NCBI RefSeq assembly: GCF_016127575.1
Contig: NZ_CP066018.1
Span: 420,001 to 452,000 of the forward strand
Direction: 5' to 3'
DNA from: Cupriavidus necator
Lineage (GTDB): Bacteria; Pseudomonadota; Gammaproteobacteria; Burkholderiales; Burkholderiaceae
DNA length: 32,000 bases
Made by a program: the position numbers and the translations under genes. Below the pieces are notes generated by a model. That model was not told where the DNA came from and ran no database searches. It was given only the letters and a program-made list of their open reading frames with translations. Shown in pieces: positions 9,674 through 18,221 of this stretch. Every line of letters begins with the position of its first letter. Position 1 is the first letter of the stretch.

Positions 9674-11287
9674 TCAGTTGACGGCGATGCGGTCGTCGAC
9701 CAGGCGGATCTGGCCGCCAGGCTTGTCTTCCATCACTTTGAGCACGCGGCTGCCTACCTGCAGCGTGACGCCGCCATGGATGCGGCGCGCGGCGTCGATC
9801 ACGGCCTCGGCGGCCGGCTGCATCTGCTGCCCCAGTTCGGTCAAGCGTGCCTCCAGCTCGAACAGGTCACGCGACAGCTTGAACAGTGTCGCGCGCGCCT
9901 TCTCGCGCAGGTCGCCAACGGCCTTCTCGGGATGCTTGGCAAAGAAATCCACCAGCTGTTTGACCTTGTTCTGCTCTGCCAGCATGCCGCGGCGCTCGGC
10001 TTCCAGCGCGGCGCGCTGTGCGTCGGCAAATGGATTCAGGCCGACCTGGATGCTGGTGGCGGTGCCGGCCGGTGCGCCCAGCACCGCGGCGCGCACCGCC
10101 AGCAAGGCACGGCTGCGGCCGCCGCTGATGCTGCCCTGCGCGCCGGTGCCGCCCACCACGATGCGCTCGCCGGCAGCAACATCGCTCTGCCGGATGCCGC
10201 TTTCGACGTTGACCTCGGTGCCGGCCTCGACCACGGCGTTTTCGATAAAGCGCGCCTTCACCGCGCCCTTGCAGCGCACGCTGGCGCGGCTGATGCCGCC
10301 TTCGGTGCGGCCGGTGTCGGCCTTGCCGATGATGCCGCCCTTGACGATGACATTGCCGCCGGCCTCGACATTGGCGGCTTCGATGGTGCCCTCGACCACC
10401 ACGTCGCCGCTGACGTTGACCGACATGCCGGTGCGGATGTCGCCCGACACGCGCAGCGTGCCGTCGAACGCCACGTTGCCTGAGTGCAGGTCGACCGATT
10501 CCACCTGCACCACGGGGCTGACCGAGATGCCGTGCACGCCCACCACCGGCGATCCTGCGATCACCGCGCGCAGCAGCTCCGCATCGTCGGCATCGGCGGC
10601 AGCGCCGGTCAGGCCTTCGGCAAAAGGCGGGTCATCGACCGGATCGGCGGCGACGGGCTTGCCAAATACGTCGACGCCGTCATTGCCGCGCACCGCCGGA
10701 ACGCGCCGCATCAGCGGCGTGCCGGGGCTGACCAGCAGCAGGTTGCCCAGGTCGCGCAGGTCGACCTTGCCGGCCTCGTCGTCAGGCTGCGCCGGCTTGC
10801 GCGGTTCGAGCAGGTTGATGAAGCGCGCCGGCTCACCCTGGCGCGGCGCGACGCCGGCGGCAATGGTGCGCAGCTCGCAACGGCCTTCGGCCAGCGCGGC
10901 GTCCAGTGCCAGGGTCTGGATCGGCGCCACCACGCCGCGCGCCGCCGCGGCGCAGCGGATGTCCTCCGCGCCGACCGGACGGCCGCCTTCGGCTGGCAGC
11001 AGCGTCAGCCGCACGGCCAGGCCGTCGGCGGTGATGTCGAGCTCGAACGCGCCGTCGATCAGCGCACCGATGGTGGCATCGATCTCATGCTCGGCGCGCT
11101 GGCATTGCGCCAGGAACTGCGCCACCGCGCGCGCATCCAGCCGCGCCCCGGCCCAGCCCAGGCTGTCCAGGCATTGGCGCAGGCTGGCCTGGTCCGGCGG
11201 CAGCCTGCCTGGCTGCGGCGTGTAGCGCGCATGCACCTGCTCGCCTGGCTCGGCAAGCTCCAGGCGCAAACCCGACTCATGCGTCAT
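9674..11287 (-). CDS. DUF342 / FapA (flagellar assembly protein A)-like protein
   Basis: 537 aa. The central part has beta-helix-like reiterations (GNVAFDGTLRVSGDI, VNVSGDVVVEGTIEA, VEAGGNVIVKGGIIG, VEAGTEVNVESGI). The tail is a C-terminal coiled coil. AGGGGA SD upstream. Confidence 0.8.
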   Translation of the reverse strand: MTHESGLRLELAEPGEQVHARYTPQPGRLPPDQASLRQCLDSLGWAGARLDARAVAQFLAQCQRAEHEIDATIGALIDGAFELDITADGLAVRLTLLPAEGGRPVGAEDIRCAAAARGVVAPIQTLALDAALAEGRCELRTIAAGVAPRQGEPARFINLLEPRKPAQPDDEAGKVDLRDLGNLLLVSPGTPLMRRVPAVRGNDGVDVFGKPVAADPVDDPPFAEGLTGAAADADDAELLRAVIAGSPVVGVHGISVSPVVQVESVDLHSGNVAFDGTLRVSGDIRTGMSVNVSGDVVVEGTIEAANVEAGGNVIVKGGIIGKADTGRTEGGISRASVRCKGAVKARFIENAVVEAGTEVNVESGIRQSDVAAGERIVVGGTGAQGSISGGRSRALLAVRAAVLGAPAGTATSIQVGLNPFADAQRAALEAERRGMLAEQNKVKQLVDFFAKHPEKAVGDLREKARATLFKLSRDLFELEARLTELGQQMQPAAEAVIDAARRIHGGVTLQVGSRVLKVMEDKPGGQIRLVDDRIAVN

Positions 11288-11461
11288 GCGTCCCCTGAAT
11301 CGTCTTGTGCAGCCGCGCGGCGGGTGCCGGCGCTCCGCTTGTTATCGATCCATAAACCAACGGCAGCAGCGCGGAGAACTTTAGCGCACACCTTGCCGCG
11401 TCGGCCGGGCTGCCATCGCCTTCGTGGAGAAGCCTGGGGGACGATCCGGACGATGTCCGGG

Positions 11462-12268
11462 CTATTTGACCGAGACCACCTCGATGGTGCCGGTCTGGCC
11501 GTTCTGCACGACCTCCTGCTTCATGACCAGGCCCATGTCGGGGCAGTACCAGTCCGTAACGCTGGCGCTCGCCGGCGGCACCGACACGGTGTGGCCCGCC
11601 ACCGTGACCGGCGCCATGGTCGTGCTGCGCTCGTAGCGGACCGGCCAGCAGGATTTCTGGCCGAGGCGGGTGGGGATGGTCGCGCGCTTGCCGACGACCT
11701 TGCCGCCGATGGTGACCTTGGCGGACGGGATCCTGGCCTGGCCGGCGCTCTGGCCGGCGGCGGTCATCTGCAGGTCCATGCGCACCGTCTGCGATTCGCC
11801 CGGCAGCCGCTGTCCTTCCGCTTCAATGACGCCGCCATAGGCCAGGGTCCCGACCGCGCTGCTGTCGAGCATGCCCGATGCCGTGCCGGCGGCGCTCTTG
11901 CCCTCGACCTTGCCCGGCGCGCCGCCGCGCGAGATGGACAGGCGGTCTTCGATCACCGCCATGGTGTAGTCCAGCCGCGTCTCGTTGCCCGAGCCGGCCG
12001 CGGCCACATTCGACACGACGCTGATATTGGCATTGCACTGGCCCTTGCCCGACTTGCGCACGCCGGACACGGACATGGTCGCCGTGCCCGGCGCACCGCC
12101 CTGCATGGTCATGCGGATCTCGCCGCCGTCATGCATCCACGGCGCATCGCAAACGCCGGCCGCTGCGGCTGCCGGCAGCAGCAGCGCAGCGAAGGCCACG
12201 CTTGCGCCAAGCGCCGTGCGGCGGTCCAGGGATTGCCGCGCGCTAGCGCGGTCGGAATTCTTCGGCAT
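11462..12268 (-). CDS. Exported beta-rich hypothetical protein (4 Cys)
   Basis: Track ORF 11462..12283. I prefer the second ATG (12268) because GGAGAGG lies about 6 nt upstream. Signal peptide RRTALGASVAFAALLLPAAAAA. I recognise no family. Confidence 0.6.
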   Translation of the reverse strand: MPKNSDRASARQSLDRRTALGASVAFAALLLPAAAAAGVCDAPWMHDGGEIRMTMQGGAPGTATMSVSGVRKSGKGQCNANISVVSNVAAAGSGNETRLDYTMAVIEDRLSISRGGAPGKVEGKSAAGTASGMLDSSAVGTLAYGGVIEAEGQRLPGESQTVRMDLQMTAAGQSAGQARIPSAKVTIGGKVVGKRATIPTRLGQKSCWPVRYERSTTMAPVTVAGHTVSVPPASASVTDWYCPDMGLVMKQEVVQNGQTGTIEVVSVK

Positions 12269-12309
12269 CTGTCGCCTCTCCATTGGTCAGTTCAGCAAAG
12301 CACCGGCAG

Positions 12310-12651
12310 TCAGTCCTTGCATTGCGGCATGTCGCGGAAGCTGTCGCGCACCGTCGCACAGGACTGCGCCAGGCCATCCTTGTCGGAGACGCCGGCCCAG
12401 CGCGTGCGGATCGATTCCAGCTCGCCGGGCAGCCCGTCGCGCAGGGTCTGGGCGGCCGCGGCCTGCCCCGACTTGTCGAGCTTGGCCGCCATGTTCTCGG
12501 TGCAGGCGCGCTGCGCGGCCTCGGCTTCCTGGCAGGCCTTCGGCAAGGCATCGCTGGCCGCTACGGAATGCCCTTCTTCCTTGCCACAGCCGGCAACGGC
12601 CAGCGCCAGCATGACCGGCAGGCAGGCACGCGGAATCCAGTACGACATCAT
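12310..12651 (-). CDS. Small helical lipoprotein with four conserved-looking Cys
   Basis: Internal start of track ORF 12310..12981 at MMSYWIPRACLPVMLALAVAGCGKEE (lipobox LAVAGC). AGGAG lies 5 nt upstream and the start is 16 nt after the SLT stop. Confidence 0.7.
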   Translation of the reverse strand: MMSYWIPRACLPVMLALAVAGCGKEEGHSVAASDALPKACQEAEAAQRACTENMAAKLDKSGQAAAAQTLRDGLPGELESIRTRWAGVSDKDGLAQSCATVRDSFRDMPQCKD

Positions 12652-12667
12652 GACTTCTCCTCTTTCT

Positions 12668-13411
12668 TCACCGCGGAGGCGGGGGGTTCTGATACGAGAC
12701 AATGGCAAGGCCGCCGTGCTGCGCCGGCGACGCCGGCTGGCGCAAGGGCGCCGCGGCGCTGCCGTCCTGGCCGCCGCGCAAGCGCGCATAGCGGCCCAGC
12801 ACCTGCGGCACGTAGGCCTGGGTCTCGGCAAACGGAGGGATGCGCGACCCGTGGCGCAGCACCGCGCCTTCGCCCGCGTTGTAGGCGGCCAGGGCCAGGC
12901 TGGTGTCGCCGTTGAAGCGCGACAGCAGGCCGCCCAGGTAGGACGCACCGGCCTGCAGGTTCTGGGCCGGGTCATAGGCATCGGTCACGCCCAGCATGCG
13001 AGCCGTGGCCGGCATCAGCTGCGTCAGGCCGATGGCGCCCTTGTCGGAGGTGGCTTGCGGGTTCCAGCCCGACTCCACCTCCACCATGGCCATCAGCAGA
13101 TGCGGGTCCACCGCCGCGGCCTGCGCCGCGCGGTGCGCGAGGGCAACCAGCTCAGAGGGTGGGGACTTGGCGCTGACGACCGCGGCCTTTGCCGCCGCCA
13201 GCGTTGGCAGCCCGATAAACGCCCGCGCTGGCAATGCCGCGGGCGCCGCGGTGGACGCCAGCCGTGCCGGCGCTGCGCTGCGCGACGTGAGGAAGGTCAC
13301 GCCGCTGCCGCGGTCGGCATGCATCACGATCTCGGCGCCGGCCGGCACCGCGCCCGCCAGCAGCATTGCCGCCACCACACCGCGCGCCGGCGCGGCCACG
13401 AGCGCAGGCAT
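12668..13411 (-). CDS. Lytic transglycosylase (SLT domain, GH23)
   Basis: Track ORF 12668..13804 trimmed to ATG 13411, which overlaps the OmpA-like stop as TGATG. Signal peptide. Motifs MVEVESGWNP, GLTQLMPATA and AAYNAGEGAV. Confidence 0.85.
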   Translation of the reverse strand: MPALVAAPARGVVAAMLLAGAVPAGAEIVMHADRGSGVTFLTSRSAAPARLASTAAPAALPARAFIGLPTLAAAKAAVVSAKSPPSELVALAHRAAQAAAVDPHLLMAMVEVESGWNPQATSDKGAIGLTQLMPATARMLGVTDAYDPAQNLQAGASYLGGLLSRFNGDTSLALAAYNAGEGAVLRHGSRIPPFAETQAYVPQVLGRYARLRGGQDGSAAAPLRQPASPAQHGGLAIVSYQNPPPPR

Positions 13412-14790
13412 CACTGCTTGGCCAGCTCCACGCGGCGGTTCTGCGCGCGGCCGAACGGCGTGTCGTTGGACATCAGCGGATGGGTGGCGCCATAGCCCTT
13501 GGCATCGAGCCGGTCGGCGGGCACGCCGGCGCTTTCCAGATAGCGCCTGACGGCGGCGGCGCGGCGCTCGGACAGCGGCTGGTTGCGCGCGTCGCCGCCG
13601 GTGCTGTCGGTATGCCCCTCGACGCGCAGGCGCCAGTCGGGGTGCGCCAGCACCGCCTTGGCGGCACGGTCCAGCAGCGGCCGGGCCGCCGCGCTCAGCA
13701 CGTCGGAATCGGTTTCGAAGTTGACGCCGTAGAGCTGCACGCGGCCCGCGCCTTCCAGCGCCTGGCCGATGGGATCGGGGGCGGCCTCGGCCTTCGGGAA
13801 GCACGGCGGCGCCTTGTCCGCCAGGCGCCAGCCGCCGGCCTCGCGCACGCTGTCGAAGGTGCGGGCATCGCCCTTCACCAGCGCTGCGTAGGCATGGCTG
13901 CCGTCGGGGCTGAAGGCCATGGCGCCCTTCTCAGGCGTGCCCTCGGTGGTGCGCCGGAAGGCCAGCAGGGCACCGTTTTCCAGCCCGCCGGAAATCGTTC
14001 CCAGCACCTGCGTGATCTTCATCTGCTTGTTGCTGTAGTCGCCTTCCACGTAACAGCCTTCCACCGCGGCACCATCCTGGTGCAGCAGCACGTAGCCGGA
14101 CGAACCGAATTCCACCGGAAACTGGTAGATGCCGCCCACCTGGCGCACCTTGTCGGCCGCGGCCTCGGGCTTGCCGTAGGCCATGAACTGCTGCAGGCCG
14201 ATCTGGCCCTCGTCCTGGTCGCCCGGCCAGCGGTTGCCGGTAAGCGTCAGGCGCAGGGCCCCGGCCTTGACGGGCTGGGCCAGCGGCACGCGGGTATCGT
14301 AGCCGTCCTGCCCCGGCAGGTCCGCATCGTAGATCACGGTCCAGGGGCCTTGCGTGCCGCCGGCCGAGGCTTCGACGCGGGCATGGCGCGCATTGCTGCG
14401 CGCCCCGGCATCGGACAGGCCGCGGAAGCGCAGCACGTCGACGGACGAGGCCTGCGCCAGCGCAATCACCAGCTCCTGCCGGCTGCCGTTGCGCATAAAG
14501 CCGGCATGGTCCGGAATCTCATTGAGCAGCGGATACCACGAGCGGTCTTCCTTGTCGCGGTTGACCACGAACGCGCCCGACCACAGCCCGGCAACGTTGG
14601 TTTGCGCGGGCGTTGCCGGCGCCGATGCCACGGGCTGCGCCGATGCCGCTGCAGGCGCGGGCTGCGCATCGCCTTGCGCAGCGGCGCTGTCAGCAGGCTT
14701 CTTCTTGCAGCCCGCCAAGGCCAGCAGGGCCACGACGCCCAGGCCAATGGCGGCCTTGCGGGTCGTCAGTCCAAACGTCATTCCCTTCAA
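13411..14790 (-). CDS. OmpA-family lipoprotein (C-terminal peptidoglycan-binding OmpA_C domain, about 330-aa unknown N-domain)
   Basis: Lipobox LLALAGC. The C-terminus (NFETDSDVL...VEGHTDSTGGDARNQPLSERRAAAVRRYL...NRRVEL) is a classic OmpA_C domain. The start is either TTG 14790 or ATG 14781. Confidence 0.85.
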   Translation of the reverse strand: MKGMTFGLTTRKAAIGLGVVALLALAGCKKKPADSAAAQGDAQPAPAAASAQPVASAPATPAQTNVAGLWSGAFVVNRDKEDRSWYPLLNEIPDHAGFMRNGSRQELVIALAQASSVDVLRFRGLSDAGARSNARHARVEASAGGTQGPWTVIYDADLPGQDGYDTRVPLAQPVKAGALRLTLTGNRWPGDQDEGQIGLQQFMAYGKPEAAADKVRQVGGIYQFPVEFGSSGYVLLHQDGAAVEGCYVEGDYSNKQMKITQVLGTISGGLENGALLAFRRTTEGTPEKGAMAFSPDGSHAYAALVKGDARTFDSVREAGGWRLADKAPPCFPKAEAAPDPIGQALEGAGRVQLYGVNFETDSDVLSAAARPLLDRAAKAVLAHPDWRLRVEGHTDSTGGDARNQPLSERRAAAVRRYLESAGVPADRLDAKGYGATHPLMSNDTPFGRAQNRRVELAKQ

Positions 14791-14839
14791 GGTACTTCCC
14801 CTTCTTCTTTTTGTGATGCCGGCCTGTCCGGTACGCGCC

Positions 14840-15334
14840 TCAATGCGGGGCGCGCATCAGCATGTCGATCTTCTGCAGCCGCACGCGGACTTCGCGCTCC
14901 AGCGGCGCCAGTGTTTCCGGGCCGGCTCCGGCCTTGCTGGCGCGCGCGTAGTTCGCGATCGCCTCGTTCATGCCGCGCTGCTCTTCGGCCAGCGCACGCT
15001 TGACCAGCTCGCGCTCATCGCTGGCCGCCACGCTCGGAATCGCCGCCTGCGCGGCCCCCGCGACGGCGGCCTGCGCCAGGTCGGGCGCGTTGCCGCGTGC
15101 GGACGGTGCCGCTGCCTGGGGCGCGGAAGCCGCCGGAGCCCGCGCTGCCGACGCCGGCACGGCGCCGCTCACCGCCGGCGGCGCACGCCGCGTGGTGATG
15201 ATCTGCACGCCTTCGGAGCGAGAAACCTCCATCGCCGCCAGCGCCGGTTGCGGCACGAACCCGAGGTTACACAACAACAGCAACGCCAAACAACCCCGCT
15301 TCGGCAATTTTGTCGACCTTGTCGATTCTGGCAT
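14840..15334 (-). CDS. Exported Ala/Pro-rich protein with C-terminal helical domain
   Basis: 164 aa. Hydrophobic N-terminus CLALLLLCNLGFVPQPALAA, a low-complexity A/P linker and a helical tail ERELVKRALAEEQRGMNEAIANY. There is no strong SD and the start is uncertain. Confidence 0.55.
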   Translation of the reverse strand: MPESTRSTKLPKRGCLALLLLCNLGFVPQPALAAMEVSRSEGVQIITTRRAPPAVSGAVPASAARAPAASAPQAAAPSARGNAPDLAQAAVAGAAQAAIPSVAASDERELVKRALAEEQRGMNEAIANYARASKAGAGPETLAPLEREVRVRLQKIDMLMRAPH

Positions 15335-15379
15335 CGGTGTCTTCGGGCTTATCCCGGCAAATTTTCACAAATACTTACA

Positions 15380-15410
15380 AAAACGGCGACTGCGGATGCG
15401 TCAGTTGCCG
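15380..15410 (-). terminator. Weak intrinsic terminator overlapping the tadE-like stop codon
   Basis: Minus strand CGGCAAC-13 nt-GTCGCCG (one mismatch) followed by TTTTTG. It sits at the edge of the only AT-rich spacer in the gene array. Confidence 0.4.
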
Positions 15411-16111
15411 CGATACGGCGATTGCATCCGCACGATCGCCTCGGACTCGAGCGGGATGCGCCATTCCGACGCCAGCGTGGCCCGTCCGGTGCAGAAATTG
15501 GGCGTGGTCGGGACCTCCATGCCGCGGTACGAACCGGTCGCAACAAAATTCCGGATGCCGTTGACCAGCGAGTAGATGGTGCGGTCGGCAAACGGCACGA
15601 ACATTTCGTAGCAGTACGTGACCCGGATCTTCAGCAGGTTGGCGTCCTGGATATTGACGCCAGAGGACGGCCCCGCGCTGGTGGCGCGGTACATCAGGCT
15701 GTCGTTGGGGATCTCCCGCGTGGTCTTGCCGGCGTAGTAGCCGCTTCGCCCGAAATCCTGCAGCGCCGCCGGCGTCGGGTTCAGCACGTCGATCCTGGCC
15801 TGGGTGCGGGCCTCGAACTGGGCCTTGGCATAGCCGGTGGCATGCGCGGTACGGTCGGCGGAGCGCACGAACAGCGGCGTCAGCCCCAGCGCCAGCCCCT
15901 TGCGCATGCTGGCCAGCCGGCCGTGGTCGACGGCGCCTTCGCGCGCGGCCTGCAAGGCGGCGTGGTCTAGCGTGGCCTTGGCCTGGTACAGCAGCCCGAA
16001 CTGGATCACGCCCAGGCACAGCAGCAGCAGCGCCGGCGCGATGATCAGGAATTCCACCGCGGACTGTCCCCGTGCCCCGCGCCGCGCCGCGTGCTTTTGC
16101 TGGTGCGTCAT
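15401..16111 (-). CDS. tadE: TadE-like pseudopilin
   Basis: The N-terminus RGARG/QSAVEFLIIAPALLLLCLGVIQFG matches the G/XXXXE[FY] class-III signal and the TadE N-terminal motif. ATGA overlap with the upstream DUF192 gene. Confidence 0.8.
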   Translation of the reverse strand: MTHQQKHAARRGARGQSAVEFLIIAPALLLLCLGVIQFGLLYQAKATLDHAALQAAREGAVDHGRLASMRKGLALGLTPLFVRSADRTAHATGYAKAQFEARTQARIDVLNPTPAALQDFGRSGYYAGKTTREIPNDSLMYRATSAGPSSGVNIQDANLLKIRVTYCYEMFVPFADRTIYSLVNGIRNFVATGSYRGMEVPTTPNFCTGRATLASEWRIPLESEAIVRMQSPYRGN

Positions 16112-16473
16112 GGCCCCTCCTCCCGCAGTTCCAGGTTCTGGCCCGGCGCAATCCCCAATGCCGCCGCGCGCCCCGCGCCGAGCTCAAGCGTCTGGCGCGC
16201 GCGCCAGTGGGCACGCACGCGCAGGCGTCCCACGCACGGGTGCACCGCCAGCACGCGCTGCCGCTTGTCGAGAAACACCACGTCGATCGCCATGCGCATG
16301 CCAAAGGTGTGGACTGCGCCGCAGGGGGACAGCAGCAAGGCTTCGTCCGGTGCCATCGAATCGCGGCTGAGCAGCCCCGTCATGCGTTCGCGCGCAGTGG
16401 CCGCCACCGACACGCGCACGCCGGTGTCGAGCGTGCTGTGGCCGGCCCGCAGGTAGAGGCGCGCCTGCCTCAC
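16108..16473 (-). CDS. DUF192 domain protein
   Basis: The core LLLSPCGAVHTFGMRMAIDVVFLD resembles the DUF192 (COG1430) signature. The GTG start overlaps the tadC stop (GTGA) and the stop overlaps the tadE start (ATGA). No signal peptide is evident. Confidence 0.7.
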   Translation of the reverse strand: MRQARLYLRAGHSTLDTGVRVSVAATARERMTGLLSRDSMAPDEALLLSPCGAVHTFGMRMAIDVVFLDKRQRVLAVHPCVGRLRVRAHWRARQTLELGAGRAAALGIAPGQNLELREEGP

Positions 16474-17351
16474 AGCAGCCCTTCCTGCATAAACTTCATC
16501 ACGATCGGGAAGCCAAGCACGATAAAGGTGACCGGGAAGATAAACACCACCAGCGGAAAGATCAGCTTGACCGGCGCTTCCATGGCCTGCTTCTCCGCGC
16601 GCTGGAAGCGCTCGGTGCGCCGCTGCTCCGACTGGAAGCGCAGCGTGGCGGCCAGCCCCGAGCCCATGCGCTCCGCCTGGATCACGGCACCGACGAAATT
16701 GGTGACCTCCTTCACGCGCAGGCGGTCATCCATGCGGCGCAGCGCATCGGCGCGGCTCAGGCCCGACTTCAGGTCGCGCAGCACGTGCTCGAACTCGCGC
16801 CGCAGCGGGCCCTCAGGCCCCTTCTCCACCGCCTGCAGCAGGGCGCCGTTGATGTTCAGGCCGGCCTCTACGCTCAGTGTCAGGAAATCCAGAAACACCG
16901 GCAGGTGGCGCGTGACCTGCAGCAGGTTGCGCTTGCGCACGTCGCGTAGCCAGATGCGCGGATAGAAGAAGCCCAGCGCGCTGGCGGCAAGCAGCAGCAG
17001 CGGCGAGAACACGCCCAGCCCCAGCATGGCTATGCCCGCCAGCAGGCAGAACGCCAGCGCCGAAACGATCGACAGCGACAGGAACTGGCGCGCCGTCATC
17101 AGGAACGACATGCCCGTCAGGCGCAGTTGCTCGTCCACCGCGGCGCGCAGCGACTTCGGCGTGATCCAGACGAGATGGTGGTCGAAGAAGCGCACCACCG
17201 GCCAGACCGCGCGCAGCGACGGCGGCAACGGGTCGAGGTAGTCGCGCGCCTCGTCGGGAACGGCCACGGTGAGGCGGCGCATGGCCATGGTGGTGGCGGC
17301 GAGCACGCCGACCAGGCCGGCGGCAAGGGCGAAGGCAACAACAAGCATCAT
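16470..17351 (-). CDS. tadC: Tad pilus platform protein TadC (T2SS F family)
   Basis: 293 aa polytopic membrane protein with a T2SSF-like cytoplasmic domain (LPVFLDFLTLSVEAGLNINGAL). It lies directly after tadB. Confidence 0.88.
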   Translation of the reverse strand: MMLVVAFALAAGLVGVLAATTMAMRRLTVAVPDEARDYLDPLPPSLRAVWPVVRFFDHHLVWITPKSLRAAVDEQLRLTGMSFLMTARQFLSLSIVSALAFCLLAGIAMLGLGVFSPLLLLAASALGFFYPRIWLRDVRKRNLLQVTRHLPVFLDFLTLSVEAGLNINGALLQAVEKGPEGPLRREFEHVLRDLKSGLSRADALRRMDDRLRVKEVTNFVGAVIQAERMGSGLAATLRFQSEQRRTERFQRAEKQAMEAPVKLIFPLVVFIFPVTFIVLGFPIVMKFMQEGLL

Positions 17352-17363
17352 GGTCGGCCCCGG

Positions 17364-18212
17364 TCAGACATCGATATGGGTGATCTTGCTGATCGCCTTG
17401 TAGCCAAGCAGCTCCATCACCGCGATCACGGACAGCGTGCCCCAGCCGATCGGCGAACTGAACAGCGGTGCCATCGCCACCGGCTCCATGTGGTTCAGCA
17501 CCACGATCAGGAACAGCGGCAAGCCCGTCATCACCAGGCCCTGCATCTTGCCCTGCGCGGTCAGCGCGCGGATCTTGCCTTCCATCTGATGCTTCTCGCG
17601 CAGCGTGCGCGCCACCGACTCCAGCGTCTCGGCCAGGTTGCCGCCCACCTCGCGCGAGATCGTGATGGCCGCGGTCACCATCAGGAAGTCGGGCACTGGA
17701 ATGCGTTTTTCCATATTGCGCAGCGCGTCCATCAGGTCCACGCCAAGCCGGACTTCGCGCATCAGCAGGTCGAACTCCTGCGAGATCGGCGGGCGCGACT
17801 CCGCCACCACGCTTTCCAGCGCCATCGGGAAGCTGGCGCCGGCGCGCAGCGCGCTCGACATCATCAGCAGCGCGTCGGGCATCTGGTCTTCGATGGCCAT
17901 CAGGCGCTTGCGCTGCATCTTCTTCACCAGCGCGCGCGGCAGCAGCAGGCTCACCGGAATGCTGAGCATCGCGAAGAACACGTTCTGCGATACCAGCCAG
18001 GTCAGCAGCGGCAGCGCGAACACCGCCACCACCGAGATGCCGGCCACCTGCCGCATATTGATGAAGATAAAGAGATCGGCCAGCGAGGCCTCGACCTCGG
18101 TCGCCAGCGTCTGCGTATGCCGCACGAACCAGCGCTTGCCCTGCGACAGCACGGCCCACGCAATCAGCACGGTCATCAGGAAGGCGCCGCACAGCACCAG
18201 GGCAAGGTTCAT
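17364..18212 (-). CDS. tadB: Tad pilus platform protein TadB (T2SS F family)
   Basis: 282 aa with a T2SSF-like domain (MPDALLMMSSALRAGASFPMAL). A perfect AAGGAGG SD overlaps the tadA stop. Confidence 0.88.
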   Translation of the reverse strand: MNLALVLCGAFLMTVLIAWAVLSQGKRWFVRHTQTLATEVEASLADLFIFINMRQVAGISVVAVFALPLLTWLVSQNVFFAMLSIPVSLLLPRALVKKMQRKRLMAIEDQMPDALLMMSSALRAGASFPMALESVVAESRPPISQEFDLLMREVRLGVDLMDALRNMEKRIPVPDFLMVTAAITISREVGGNLAETLESVARTLREKHQMEGKIRALTAQGKMQGLVMTGLPLFLIVVLNHMEPVAMAPLFSSPIGWGTLSVIAVMELLGYKAISKITHIDV

Positions 18213-18221
18213 ATTGCCTCC

